A DNA stretch of 64,000 nucleotides from Macrostomum lignano (lineage: Eukaryota), in assembly GCA_002269645.1 (NCBI GenBank), contig NIVC01001762.1:1-64000 (forward strand). The letters run 5' to 3'. The notes below the pieces were generated by a model. It searched no databases. It was not told where the DNA came from and saw only the letters and a program-made list of their open reading frames with translations. The translations under genes and the position numbers were made by a program. Shown here piece after piece: positions 7,876-21,300 of this stretch (the first letter of the stretch is position 1; each line of letters opens with the position of its first letter).

Positions 7876-10419
7876 TACTTTGGACTGCCCTCTAACTACT
7901 ATCAACTATTGAAATATGTAACTTTTCATTTTCTACACAAAAATAATTTAATGGCTCATTTTATATAAGATAGACATATTTGGAAAATAAAAAAAAATCA
8001 ATATTTTTACTTGCCATTGCCTTATCAGCCAATTTTTTTGCCTAATTTTTTTTATATGTAATATATACAATCTAAGAATAAATAAATGATAAAACGTTGG
8101 ATTAGTATGTTATCAATTGGCAAAAAGCCATTTTTGTAAAAATTTGGACATTTTTCTAAGCAAAAGACATCATTAACTTTGTGTACCTCTTGAAAACAAA
8201 TGAAAAGCTTTGGAAGGTTGAAACAAAATATAGATAAAATTATAGTATTTGCATAATCAGATAAAAACATTAGTGACTATATAATCTAGTATATTTTTAA
8301 TATATTGGTAACTCAAAGTTACTGAATTGATAGAAAAAATATGTTACGACCATAATGTTACGACTATAAGGCTGCCTTTTCTTTTGTATCTTTGTTGCCT
8401 TTATAAGTTTATATATTCTAATAAAAGAGTATGATTTCTTAAGATGTTCTTAGACAATCTTAGTCAAATTTAAAAAATGTATTGCAAAATATCAAAAATG
8501 AAAAATGTTATAAGACTTTTACCTTTTAGTTTCTATATGTCAAAAATCCTATTGTTACAACCATAAGTGCCATTCAAGGTTTAATAGCATCTATACTATT
8601 GATGATATATATATAAAACTATATAAACATATTCTTGACAAAATAATATTTTATTGAAAATATTGGTTTAGTATATTCAATGATTAGATTTCATTTTATA
8701 AGTAAAAATAGCCTGTCATGTTACAACCATAATTATATAGAATGGCCCTAATGCAGTAAACTAGGAGATAGCCACTTATGCCTAGTTAGAATTATTTTCT
8801 GGCATAGACCTAAAGGTTTTAAGCCTTGGACTAGGAAAAAGATTAAATAAAAACCATTATTTCTCTATAGTGGTAAGAAAATAATAGGTTTGAAATTGTA
8901 TAACTATAACTATATTCTAGGCATAGGCATAGCCAGAGATAGGGATTAGGCATATACCCTAGACTCTTGACTCTACAATTTTAGTTATAGAAGTTATAAT
9001 TACAAACTATACAAGACAGTTAGCATTAATGAAGCTCTATTGGCTCTAAGTCTAGATAAAAGCTAAAAAATACAAAAAGCATATGGGGCATAGGCTTATC
9101 TGGACTGTATACAATACAAATAGTAATATGGGGCATTCACTTTGAAAATTGACACTAATAGGGGCCTAATATTTTCCGTATATCAATTCATAGACGTAAG
9201 TGCAACTTTATTGACAATTAAATCAAGCAACAATCCCCGCGGGATAACAGCACACGCACCACCAAGGCTACTCAACTTGCTAACCGTTGCTACTCTAGTA
9301 GTACTCTGCAGGTGCTCACCTAATTTTAAATATTTACAATACGCTAGATAAATGCAGACATAAAATTGTCTTAAGACATTCAAAATGAACAAAAATTTAA
9401 CTGTAACCAATTATTTCGCAAAGATATTTTCTTTAAACACTAGCAATAAAACTCAGAACTTGAAATGTGTTAAAACTTCAGAAATTATAGTAGAGAATTT
9501 TAATTTTTTTCGTGATTATTTTTTAAACCATGCAGGTATAATAATATTATTATCACATCATAGCTTGGCTCAGTTTAGTCCCAGAACGATCAATCGAGCG
9601 GACAATTGATAAATGATATACTTAGGACCTTATACAATACAATGACTATGTATTCTTATGATCACTTACAGGCGTAATCCTGCTGTGCTGTTAATTTATA
9701 ACTAGGCCTAGTGATAAATCAAATAACTGTATGCCGTGTATGGCTACTCTACTGGTCTAGTGGTCTCTAGTTAGAGTTGGACCTCCGCCTCATTAACCTA
9801 GGCCTAGACCAGGCATACATAGGCCTAGGCCTATATTATACTCCTATGGCTTCAGCAAGATGTGACACTTGTTACGTTTCTCATAAGACTGCCTAATGGA
9901 AAGAAAACATGGTTTATAATTGTGATAAAACCTGCTAGTCTATGGGTCTAGGCCTAGTGCTTGACTGCACATCTTCTTTCATTTTAATCACAGGCTTTGA
10001 ATTTTCCATACAAGTGTGCTCAAGTTCTCCTATTTTCAGCTGACATATGCACAGTTTGCATGTTGTATGCTATTATGGCTATTACAAGAATATGCACCTA
10101 CATTATCCTATCCTTCTTACAATGCCACAAGGCCCAAGCAAGGATTCCATCTTGTTCTTGGGTAACTATAAAGTGTTAGAATAGACCTAGGTCAACACTA
10201 GGCCTAGTATCTTGACTTGGCAATTGGTATTAGCCCTATTGAAATAAAATGCCAATAATAGTAGGGCCTAATTTTAATGATAGGTAAGCCTATCTATATA
10301 GGCCTACATTTTGATTTTGTTCAGAGATTTCTATGATTATTTACTAAATTAAACAAAATAAGAATTGAGTAAAATGAATGAGCAAACAAATATTAATTTG
10401 TTTTTTTTTATTTTAATTT

Positions 10420-10468
10420 AATTGCCAATGCATTTTGACCCTTATAGGTCATCGTCAAGGCAGTAATG
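10420..10468 (-). ncRNA. Degenerate Penelope-type hammerhead ribozyme motif (core mutated)
   Basis: Minus strand TACTGCC TTGACGA TGACC TATAAG GGTC AAAA TGCATT GGCAAT; inverted paralogue of 10696-10742 with C3 and G12 substituted. Confidence 0.5.
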
Positions 10469-10695
10469 AAATTGAAATTTTCAATTTACTGATACCCCAG
10501 CTTAAACTGCCAGCTAGGCCTAGCTATGGCCTGGGGGGTGCCAGATGCCAACTCAGCATGTTTTAGCCTCGAGGTAGCTATTGCACCATGTGTTAGAACT
10601 TGTTTCAATTGAAAACTATATACATTAATTTATATTGTATATTCAACTTATAATAGATATATTTATTTAACTGTTTATTAAAATTTTCAATTTTA

Positions 10696-10742
10696 TTACT
10701 GCCCTGATGATGACCTATAAGGATCGAAATGCATTGGCAATT
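10696..10742 (+). ncRNA. Minimal type I hammerhead ribozyme motif of Penelope-like retroelement type
   Basis: TACTGCC-CTGATGA-TGACCTATAAGGATC-GAAA-TGCA-TT-GGCAAT: intact CUGANGA and GAAA core, short stem II, palindromic AUGCAU stem III, AUU cleavage triplet, stem I UGCC/GGCA. Confidence 0.65.
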
Positions 10743-11239
10743 AAATTAAAGTAAATAAAAACAAGTTAATGGTTGTTCTTTCATTTATTTTATTCCTATT
10801 TAGTATTTTAAGTGAGCTATTCTTCCAGAAAAATTGAATATTTTATAGGCCATGATTAAAATCTAGGCCTACTTATAGGTTATAAGACAAACCATAACTA
10901 GATAGGCCTATAACTAAAAATAAAATAAATATTGAAAAATACTTTAAACTTAAAAACTGCTACTTTCTAATCTATTCTAGGCTAACTCAAAATAACAATT
11001 ATTTAAAAGTTTTTTACTATTAATCAATTATATCACTTACTTTGATTTTTAGCTTAAGGTATTTAATTTATAACTTAAAATTATTTAAGTTTTTAACTAG
11101 CAATATTCGCCTCCCGATAGGGGATATCTAGATAGAATCCTTATTCTTTACAAATAAAGACTCTAAGAGAAATAACAAATAGACAGCAAAATAAAGCCTT
11201 CATGAAAAAGCAACAGACATTTCCTCTAAAAAAACATCC

Positions 11240-11650
11240 AAAGACAGCAAGCATCCCCAGATAGCATTCAAGCATCAATCCCTAAATAGTAAACATCACC
11301 CAAATAGCAAGCATCCACCCGATAGCAAGCAACCCCAGATAGCAAGCATCCCCCAAATAGCAAGCATCTCCCAGACCCCAGATAGCAAGCATCCCCCAAA
11401 CTGCAAGCAACCCCAGATAGCAAGCATAACCTAGATACAAAGAGACCTTATAGATATCTAGCAACCTCCTCTCAAGATAGCAAGTACCCTCCACCCCCCA
11501 AAAGCAAGCATCTCCCAATAGCAAGTTACCCCAGTAGCAAGCATCCTTCCAATAGCAAGCATCCTACCAATAGCAAGCATCCCTCAGATAGCAAGCATCC
11601 ATCAGATAGCAAGCATCCCCCTGATAGCAAGTATCCATCCTTAAATAGCA
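11240..11650. repeat. Degenerate minisatellite, about 17-bp unit
   Basis: Repeated GATAGCAAGCATCCCC-like unit. Confidence 0.8.
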
Positions 11651-11749
11651 ATCATCCAACAGAGAACAAGTAGCTAGTGCAACAATTTCCTTAGCTTTAT
11701 AATGGCTCCATTTTGTTTGGCATGACACTTCTTTTTATGTTTGAAACAA

Positions 11750-12068
11750 TGTCTCTTTTATGTTTGAAACGGTGGCTCTTTAATGTTTGAAATTGTGGCT
11801 CTTCTATGTTTAACATGGTGGCTCTTCAATGTTTGACATGGAGTTACATATATGTTTGACATGATGGCTCTTTTATGTTTGACATAGTGGCACTTTAATG
11901 TTTGATATGGTGATTCTTTTATGTTTGACATGGTGGCTCTTTTATATCTTACATGGTGGCTCTTTTATGTTTGACATGGTGTCTCTTCTGTGTTCAACAT
12001 GGTGGCACTTTTATGTTTGGCATGGTGGCTCTTTTATATTTGACATGGTGGCTCTTTTATATCTGACA
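11750..12068. repeat. 23-bp minisatellite, left half of an interrupted array
   Basis: Unit GGTGGCTCTTTTATGTTTGACAT; the array resumes at 14354. Confidence 0.85.
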
Positions 12069-13215
12069 CAAGCTGTTGAAACCCGCGGATTTTGAACCTG
12101 GGAAACTCTATTCCCCGGAATTATTTTTACATGCATTCTAAAATCGGAGTCAAACTCAAACAAAAACTTGTTAATAGTTGGATAGAGTTAAACATAAAAT
12201 ATATACATTTGTGTAAAATTAGGACATTTGAAGCAAGCATTGATATTGATATTAGCTGGGATGCTACACAGAGTGTCAGGCAAACTCTGGCCTCTGCCAC
12301 TGCCTCTCCATCTCTTCTCTCTCTTCTCATCTCTTCTTTTTCTCTCCTCTTTCCTCTCTCCCCTCTTCTCTCGTCTCTTCCCTTTCCCCTCTATTCTTTT
12401 CTCTCTCCTCTCATCTCTTTTATCCTCTCTTCCCTCAACTCTCTTCTCTCTTGTCTTTGCTCTCTTATCTCTCCTTTCTCTTCCTTTATCTTCTCTCTTG
12501 TCTTTTTTCATTTCTCTTTGCTCTCTCTCCTCACATATCTCTGCTCTCTCCTCTATCTCTCTAATCTCTCCCCTCTTTCCTCTCCTCTCTCATCATTTTC
12601 ACCAATTTCTCCTCTCTTCTCGATTCTCTCCCATCTCCTCCTCTCTCCTCACTCACTTCTCATCTCTCCCTTGTCTCCACTCATATCTTATTTCTTATCT
12701 CTCCTCTTTTCTCTCTACTCTCCATCTCTCGCCTGTTTACTCTCGTTTCTGCTCTCGCATCTCCCCTCTCTTATCTGTCATCTTTACTCTCATATGTTCT
12801 CTCACCTCTCTCCTTTCTTCTCTCTTCTTGTCTCTTCTCTTCTCTCTTCTATACTCTCTCCCTCTTTTGTCTTCTCTCTTCCCTCTCTACTTCTCTCCTC
12901 TCATATATCGTCTGTTCATTCTCATCTTTGCTCTCTCATTCCCCTCTCTCTTCTGTCATCTCTACTCCCCTCTCTCTTCTGTCATCTCTACTCCCCTCTC
13001 TCCTGTGTACTCTTCTCTTTCCCCTCTTCTGACTTCTCTTTCCTTACTCCTCTCCTCTCTTCCCTCTTCTATACTCTCTCCCCTCTATTCTCTTCTCTCG
13101 TCTCTCTGTACCCTGCTGTGTATTCCTTAATCTCTCATCTCTACAATCTCATATCTTTCCTCTCTCCTTCTCTTCTCTTTACTCTATCATCTCTCCTTTC
13201 TCCTCTCTTCTTTCT

Positions 13216-13308
<93 letters not shown>

Positions 13309-14353
13309 CCTCTCCCCCTCTTCCCCCTCTTATCTCCTCTCCTTGATCCTTTCTAATCTCTCCTCTCGATCCTCTCATCTCTACTCTCATCTCACTCTTC
13401 TCTACTCTCCTCTCTCATCGATCCTGTCTTATCTCTCCCTCTTCTCTCTCCTTCTTCTCACCTCTACTCTTTCCTCTCTCCCCTCGTCTTGCTTTTTCCT
13501 CACATATTCTCTGCTCTCTCCTCACCCCTCATATCTCTTGTTATCTTCTATCATTTCTCTTATTCCCCTCTCTCTCGCCCCTCCTCTCTTTCCAACAGTC
13601 TATTCCTTCTCCTTTCCACTCTCATCTGGCCCGCAGCCATGAGCTAGATTCTTTATCTGGCCTTTGGGGTAAAAATCTGCCGATCCCTGCCTCGAAAGCC
13701 AGTTTTTGGGATGTAGTTGTTATCATTTCTCATGCTTTAATCATGTCATCTTTCTGGCCAATTAGTAAGCCCTGAGACTGAGAGGACTCTCCAGCTCCAC
13801 GAACACCACCACAGTCTGCAGCAGTCTAACAACCAAGGAAATATGCATTTCTTAGGGGCCATTTAAATTTTAAAGTTACCTTATGCAAATCTTAATGTTA
13901 AAAGTTTAATGGTGTAAGTGTAACTAATTTAGTAAGATTGCATTGTAATCAGTTATTAATTAATTTTTTGCTATTTTTAAAAACCATCCCGCTGTCCGCA
14001 TTGCCTTGGTTTGCCATCTACTATTAAACTGCCGCAGATTTGTCCATATAGAGAAGACAGTGGTTTGAATCTCTCACTAAACTGTCATGGCTAAATGTAG
14101 CCTCTCCACGCGGCTTCTGTTCACACACAGACAGAGTTTTGATTTTTATAGGGATAAGGGTTAAAAAAGCAGTTTTCTGCTTTTTTAGGGATGTTAAATT
14201 GTGAAAATTAAAAATTAAAATTGCCTAAAGCCTGCTCCAGAAAATTTGCAGTTTTCCCATATAAGTTTTGACGCTGACTTGGCAGAATTGTAGGAGTTCA
14301 TTTACAACATACATACAGACAAACATCGCACCACTTTTAGTATTAAAAAGAGA
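12069..14353 (+). mobile_element. Non-autonomous Helitron/Helentron-like (HINE/Lep1-like) insertion
   Basis: Inserted between A12068 and T14354 with no TSD; removal restores the unit TCTGACA|TGGTGGC. Start A|CAAGCTGTTGAAACCCGCGG; end-like motifs ACAGACAGAG...TTTTATAGGGAT (about 14125-14155) and CATACATACAGACAAAC...GAGA|T. Internal CT-rich tract. Confidence 0.55.
12300..13640. repeat. CT-rich low-complexity tract including a perfect (CT)n at about 13220-13287
   Basis: Almost pure pyrimidine on the + strand; explains the Leu/Ser ORFs 12092-13642 and 12228-13130. Confidence 0.95.
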
Positions 14354-14880
14354 TGGTGGCTCTTTTATGTTTGACATGGTGTCTCTTCTGTGTTCAACAT
14401 GGTGGCACTTTTATATTTGACATAGTGGCTCTTTTATATTCAACATGGTGCTCTTTTATGTTTGGCATGGTGGCTCTTTAATGTTCGACATGGTGGCTCT
14501 TTAATGTTCGACATGGTGGCTCTTTAATGTTTGATACGGAGTGACATATATGTTTGAAGAAATGGCTCTTTAATGTTTGCAATGTTGGCCCTCTTATGTT
14601 TGACATGGAGTCACATATATGTTTAACATGGTGGCTCTTTTATGTTCAACATGGTGGCTCTTTTATGTTTGGCAGGGTGGCTCTTTTATGTTTGACATGG
14701 TGGCTCTTCTATGCCATGGGGGCCCTTTTATGTTTAAAATGGTGTCTCTGTTATGTTTGACATGGTGGCTCTTTTATTTTTGGCATTGTGGCTCTTTTAT
14801 GTTCAACATGATGGCTCTTTTATGTTTGACATGGTAACTCTTTTATGTTTGACTTGGTAGCTCTTTTATGTTTGACATTG
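14354..14880. repeat. 23-bp minisatellite, right half of the interrupted array
   Basis: Same unit as 11750-12068. Confidence 0.85.
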
Positions 14881-14935
14881 TGCTTTTTTGTGATTAGCAT
14901 TTTGTGTTTTTAAAGTGTTTTAAAAAAAATTGTAC

Positions 14936-14998
14936 TACTAAGATTCAAACCCAGGTTGCTACATTAGCAGTCCAGTCTGTTCATATCTAGGCTATCTC
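14936..14998 (-). mobile_element. Degenerate tRNA-derived SINE head
   Basis: Minus strand TAGCCTAGATA (A-box-like) ... GGTTTGAATCT (B-box-like) at tRNA spacing. Confidence 0.35.
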
Positions 14999-17033
14999 TT
15001 TTCAATTGGAGAACATGAACTGTGTCCCTTATAATTCAATTCTTACAGCAAGTTAGTTAGAGTAAAAAGGTATGACATAATAAATTTCTCAGTCAGCCAG
15101 TATCAGTCTCAATTTAAATTAGCTATATTGGTTACGCAATCTAAATCAAGTTGTGTGTGCATTTCTTCGGCACTGTTTTCAACTTGTTGTGATGTAATCT
15201 TTATTAGAATCAGAATTCAACCAGTCAGTTTTGCCTTTAGCATTCTTACAATGTATTTCAAGTAGAAAATTGTGCTTGACCTTTGCAAAAAAGCATGTTT
15301 TTGAATATTGAATCCCTTTAACATTGAGCAATTTCTTAGCCAATATGTACTGTCCCAGGAAAATTTCTGATCAAATGGTGCAAGTTTGAAGAAAATTGGT
15401 TCAGCCATTTTTTATGAAATTTATTGCATACTGACAGTTTAAATTTTAACATTTTTAAAATGTTTTTTGCCTAGTTAATTTTGAGATATTAGGGCCTATA
15501 AAGCACTTTTGGCCCCTATACCTTGCCTAGAATAATTGTCACTCTTATGGTCTATATCTATGACCATGCCTATTCTCTTCCACCTGATGTTAGGTCTAAT
15601 AGGCCTAACTATTTGAGTCAAATATATCAAGCTCAAGTTGCTTTGGCTATGTTAGAGCAAGCTTTTGTCTACATTATCAATATAAACTACTAAATTATTA
15701 TGCTGTCAAGTTCATTTCAAAACTATCATTTGTGATTTAAATAAGTTATTTTGCATTTCTATTTGTTATACCAATATAGCTAGACCTAATTATATCCAAA
15801 TGGCAAAAACAAAAATTAGCAATAAAACAATAATTATATATGAGTACTACACTATAGACTTCCTTGTATAATACTTGAAATTTGAAATATTTTTCAGCAT
15901 AAACAAGCCCAAGGCAATATTTTGGCATAGCATTGTTGATATATAAAATGGTGCAATTGCAGCTGAACACTAGATGTAATGATATCATTGAGGTAAGTTA
16001 TTTTCATTGTTATGACCTTATATATTTTGCAAGTTTGTCTTTTGGTATTGAATTTTTTTCTAGACTAGTCCTTGCTTTTATTAATAGCAGTAGGGCAATG
16101 TGAAAGCTAAGAAAATGATAATGCTTTCATTTGCTTTTTGTTCCATTTCATTTTGCTTTTGTTTTCTTAGCTTTCCTCAAACAATGTACCTTACCTCAAT
16201 TATGTGCACATTGGCATACTTTAAAGCATAACTAGCAATAGACATTATTGCCCATTTTGCTAATTCCTCTGTATAGGCATATAGGTGCAGATACATATAT
16301 AGTTATGCACATAGGCATACACAGTAGTGTATAATGGCCCTAACTTTATTTATCATTAGGCATACATTTCACTATTCCTTAGAAGGTTAGCTCTCAATGG
16401 CATTAATTGTGTTAAGCAAGACCAAGCCAAGATTTCAATTAAGCCCTAAATTAATGTCACTGCACTTGAAATCAAGCCTGGGCTGCTAGTGCATCAGTGT
16501 ATGTCAGACTAAACCACTAGGCTATAGCCCCTAAATAGTCCCTGCTTGGAATAATGTGTAAATGAGTATGTACATGTATTATCTACCCAGTTACCTGGTT
16601 GTCAAGGAGTCCAGTATTAGTATCTGACTTAGAGATTTAGTATATTGTGAAAGAGCATTTCTATGCTGTTTCTATGTCTAGGACCAAGACATAAATCCAG
16701 TTGCTAACATACATGCACAACACCCCTGATTTACACTGGCCATGCCACTTGCCTATGAAAGTAAACAGGAAAAATGAGTGTAATTTGGAGTAACCGGCAG
16801 GAGTTACTATGACTATTATCAAGGCTAAATGCCTCGTTTTCTAATTAGTACTACGACTGTATTTGGGGGTGGCATTTTTGCGATTTAACGTTGCTTGGGC
16901 CCCACGCCATCTGAGTGTTACACCTATGATTACTAATAGTTTTTAACCATATAGCTACCTGATGCTCTGGCTCTCAATTTCTTTGACACAACCAACCAAT
17001 CAATCAAATATCTATTAGAATCTGCTGCCAACC

Positions 17034-20000
17034 ATGGCCCAGCACGAGGTTCGCGAGCTGCTAGTAGTGCTGAATCTCAGTCACAATGGCCGCAAGGCGC
17101 GTCTCTACAGGCGCCTCCTAGCCTGTCTGGACGCTCAATCAGTCCCGATCTCCGCCCTGTTGAAGTGCCGGTCTACTAAGCTTAGGGAAGCCGCCAGACA
17201 GGTCGACTTGCCTCGAATGTTATTTAGTGGCGTCCAGCTGCCCTTCGCGGAAGTACTGGGCAGTTTGATCCCACTGACTCTGTTGATACAGAGCGAGCCT
17301 CTGTCTGCGATGCAGTGCCAGCTGCTGGAGTTCACTGTCAAGCCGGAACACGCCCCCCTGATCAAGGCTGGCGCTCGCCTTATTATGCGTTTCTACAAGC
17401 TGCTGGTGAGTCTGCCTCCTGCTCTCTGCACTCTCACTGTCTGACCCCTCTGCTCCCTCACTGTCTGACCCCTCTGCTCCCTCACTGTCTGACCCCTCTG
17501 CTCCCTCACTGTCTGACCCCTCTGCTCCCTCACTGTCTGACCCCCTCTCTGCACCCTCACTGTCTGACTCTCTCTCTGCACCCTTACTGTCTGACTCTCT
17601 CTCTGCACCCTCACTGTCTGACCCCCTCTGCACCCTCACTGTCTGACCCCTCTGCTCCCTCACTGTCTGACCCCCTCTCTGCACCCTCACTGTCTGACTC
17701 TCTCTCTGCACCCTCACTGTCTGACCCCCTCTGCACCCTCACTGTCTGACTCTCTCTCTGCACTCTCACTGTCTGACCCCTCTGCTCCCTCACTGTCTGA
17801 CCCCTCTGCTCCCTCACTGTCTGACCCCCTCTCTGCACCCTCACTGTCTGACTCTCTCTCTCTGCACCCTTACTGTCTGACTCTCTCTCTGCACCCTCAC
17901 TGTCTGACCCCCTCTGCACCCTTACTGTCTGACTCTCTCTCTGCACTCTCACTGTCTGACCCCTCTGCTCCCTCACTGTCTGACCCCTCTGCTCCCTCAC
18001 TGTCTGACCCCCTCTCTGCACCCTCACTGTCTGACTCTCTCTCTGCACCCTCACTGTCTGACCCCCTCTGCACCCTCACTGTCTGACTCTCTCTCTGCAC
18101 TCTCACTGTCTGACCCCTCTGCTCCCTCACTGTCTGACCCCTCTGCTCCCTCACTGTCTGACCCCCTCTCTGCACTTTCACTGTCTGACTCTCTCTCTGC
18201 ACCCTCACTGTCTGACCCCTCTGCACCCCCACTGTCTGACTCTCTCTCTGCACCCTCACTGTCTGACCCCCTCTGCACCCTCACTGTCTGACTCTCTCTC
18301 TCTGCACCCTCACTGTCTGACTCTCTCTCTGCACCCTCACTGTCGGACCGCCTCTCTGCACTCTCACTGTCTGACCCCTCTGCTCCCTCACTGTCTGACC
18401 CCTCTGCTCCCTCACTGTCTGACCCCTCTGCTCTCTCACTGTCTGACCCCTCTGCACCCTCACTGTCTGACCCCCTCTCTGCACCCTCACTGTCGGACCG
18501 CCTCTCTGCACTCTCACTGTCTGACCCCTCTGCTCCCTCACTGTCTGACCCCTCTGCACCCTCACTGTCTGACTCTCTCTCTGCACCCTCACTGTCTGAC
18601 CCCTCTGCTCCCTCACTGTCTGACCCCTCTGCTCCCTCACTGTCTGACCCCTCTGCTCCCTCACTGTCTGACTCTCTCTCTGCACTCTCACTGTCTGACT
18701 CTCTCTCTGCACCCTTACTGTCTGACTCTCTCTCTGCACCCTCACTGTCTGACCCCCTCTCTGCACCCTCACTGTCGGACCGCCTCTCTGCACTCTCACT
18801 GTCTGACCCCTCTGCTCCCTCACTGTCTGACCCCCTCTCTGCACCCTCACTGTCTGACTCTCTCTCTGCACCCTCACTGTCTGACCCCTCTGCTCCCTCA
18901 CTGTCTGACCCCTCTCTGCACTCTCACTGTCTGACCCCTCTGCTCCCTCACTGTCTGACCCCCTCTCTGCACCCTCACTGTCTGACCCCCTCTCTGCACC
19001 CTCACTGTCTGACTCTCTCTCTGCACCCTCACTGTCTGACCCCCTCTGCACCCTCACTGTCTGACTCTCTCTCTGCACCCTCACTGTCTGAATCTCTCTC
19101 TGCACCCTCACTGTCTGACCCCCTCTGCACCCTCACTGTCTGAATCTCTCTCTGCACCCTCACTGTCTGACCGCCTCTGCTCCCTCACTGTCTGACCCCC
19201 TCTGCTCCCTTACTGTCTGACCCCCTCTCTGCACCCTCACTGTCTGAACCCTCTGCTCCCTTACTGTCTGACCCCTCTGCTCCCTCACTGTCTGACTCCT
19301 CTGCTCCCTCACTGTCTGACCCCTCTGCACCCTCACTGTCTGACCCCCTCTCTGCACTCTCACTGTCTGACTCCTGTTTGCCAAGCAAGCCGAGATCGCA
19401 TACTGAGCACTCGCCTCAATCCCCTCTGTGTTCTCAGGGCCAAGGCGAAAGCCGAGTAGACGAGTTTCCCGAGCAGCTGAGCATCCGGCTGAATTCCAAC
19501 GTCCTGCAGAGCGAGCAGCTCGCCCAGATGCGCGGCCGCGTCGCCGGAGTCCCCGTGGACATTACGGATCACTCCAAGACTGATTTATGCGAGAGTAATA
19601 AAGTCACAGTCACCTGGTGCCAGCCAGACGGCCAGCGCTTCTGCTTGGAGACGCTGCTCATCCGCTATAGAAGCGTCGAAGCTGAGCTGGCGAGAATCCC
19701 GCGCGGCTCCTGCAAATCCACTCTGTTTGGCTCTTTATCTAGCGGCGACTGCCAGGTGGCCAAGCAGCCAGCCTCCCTGACCTGCCCCATCAGTATGACC
19801 CGCATTGTCCGACCTGTCCGCGGCGTTCTGTGCCGGCATCTGCAGTGCTTCGATGCGGCCTCCTACCTGAGCGTGAACCGGTCCCGTCTCGACTGGCGCT
19901 GCCCCTGCTGCAAGTTGCCGACCCAGCCGCGCCAGCTGTACGTGGACACCGAGTTCCAAGAGATCCTCGCCGCCGCCAGTCACGACGACGGCTACGTTGA

Positions 20001-21300
20001 ATTCGACGGGCCCAGCTCATGGAAGCTGATCAAGTCGGAATCGTCTCGGGGTGGCGCAGGTGCCGCCGCCAGTCAGCAGACAGTCGCTAGCGGCGGCGGA
20101 GTCAAGCTGGCGGCATCGAGCAACCCGGCAGCCAGCAACGCGGTGTGGACGCTGGCCGATTCGGAGTCCGAGTCCTCCGACATGGAAATCGCCCACAGCG
20201 ACGACGAGCTCAATGACGCGCCGTCGCGTCCTCCGCTGCCTGTGATTATTTCTCCGCCTGTTTCCATGGCAACAGCTAGTGCAGTCCCAGCCGCACCTGC
20301 CGCCGCCGCCGCCGCCGCCGCTTCCGCTGCGCCAATCGTCATCGACCTGACAGAAGATGACGACACTGTACCAAAGGAGGAGACGCCGGATAATGTCTCC
20401 ACAGCTGCGGCCAATTCTGTCTCAGCTGCCGCGCCAGAAGCGGCGGGCGCATTCAAGAATGGCACGGCAACATTCGTCACGCGCCAAGAGCAATGGCCAA
20501 CAGCCAATGCCGGCCAGTCCAAGTGCCAAGCCTACCAGCCGCAGCCGTCAGCCAAGAAGCAGGAGTGCCAGTTGCAGCAGGCGGCCTCTGACTCATTGCC
20601 AGACGATCAGAATGAGAGGCAAGCGTACCTGCACTTGCTCCCGCCAACCAGAGAGCAGACCGCGGCCTTCCAGCTGCCGACCCCGGCCGAGGTTATCCGG
20701 CGTAGCGGCCGGGTGGCGTCAGCTGATCTGACTGGCGCAGAGGAGGAGCCGAAAATGCTGATCCTGCGCCAGCCGCCCAGCAACAGCCTGCGGCAGTTCC
20801 AGCAGCAGCGCCAAAAGCAGCCGTCTCAGTTCGGATTCGGGCCAGCCGCTCAAGCCAAGCCGGGTAGCAACAGCAACACCTCGCCTTCGCCGATGCCGTG
20901 GGACTCCCGGCCGAATCGCTCGCGCTCGCCATCGCGTCATTCCTCCGGGTCGCGTCACAGCCGCCAGCGTTCGCCTCAGCGAGACCTCCCGCTGACCAAT
21001 CCCCGTGGTTCTCGACCAGATCATCGGCGACCTCAGCAGCAGCAGAAAGGCCGCGACCTGCCGTTCTACAGCAGATCGTTTCTGGTGAATCAACAGCGTC
21101 GGCAGCAGCCAGCAGCCGCTCTCAGGACCGTCAGTGGCAGCGCTGATCATCCTCGGCCGCAGGCGTCGTCTTTAAAACGGCACCTGTCGCCGCCACAGAT
21201 TCCAAATATGCAGCAGCCAGGCAGCGCTGGAGTCCATCAACCGCAGTGGAATGGAAATGACGACTCCAGTGATGATGAGAGCCTGGAGTACTGGCAGTGA
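17034..21300 (+). CDS. PIAS: PIAS/Siz-family SUMO E3 ligase (SAP, PINIT, SP-RING, SIM); exons 17034-17405 and 19438-21300, about 744 aa
   Basis: SAP-like EVRELLVVLNLSHNGRKARLYRRLL; PINIT pieces LPFAEVL, DEFPEQL, PVDIT; SP-RING LTCPISMTRIVRPVRGVLCRHLQCFD...WRCPCC; SIM IVIDLTEDDD. Phase-0 intron CTG|gtgagt...ttctcag|GGC. Confidence 0.88.
17420..19372. repeat. Minisatellite (24-29 bp variants) filling the PIAS intron
   Basis: Unit CTCACTGTCTGACCCCTCTGCTCC with length variants. Confidence 0.95.

Noticed and set aside
12092-13642. 516-aa Leu/Ser-rich membrane-like ORF
   Set aside because: Arises from a CT-only tract that cannot contain stops, inside a non-autonomous insertion.
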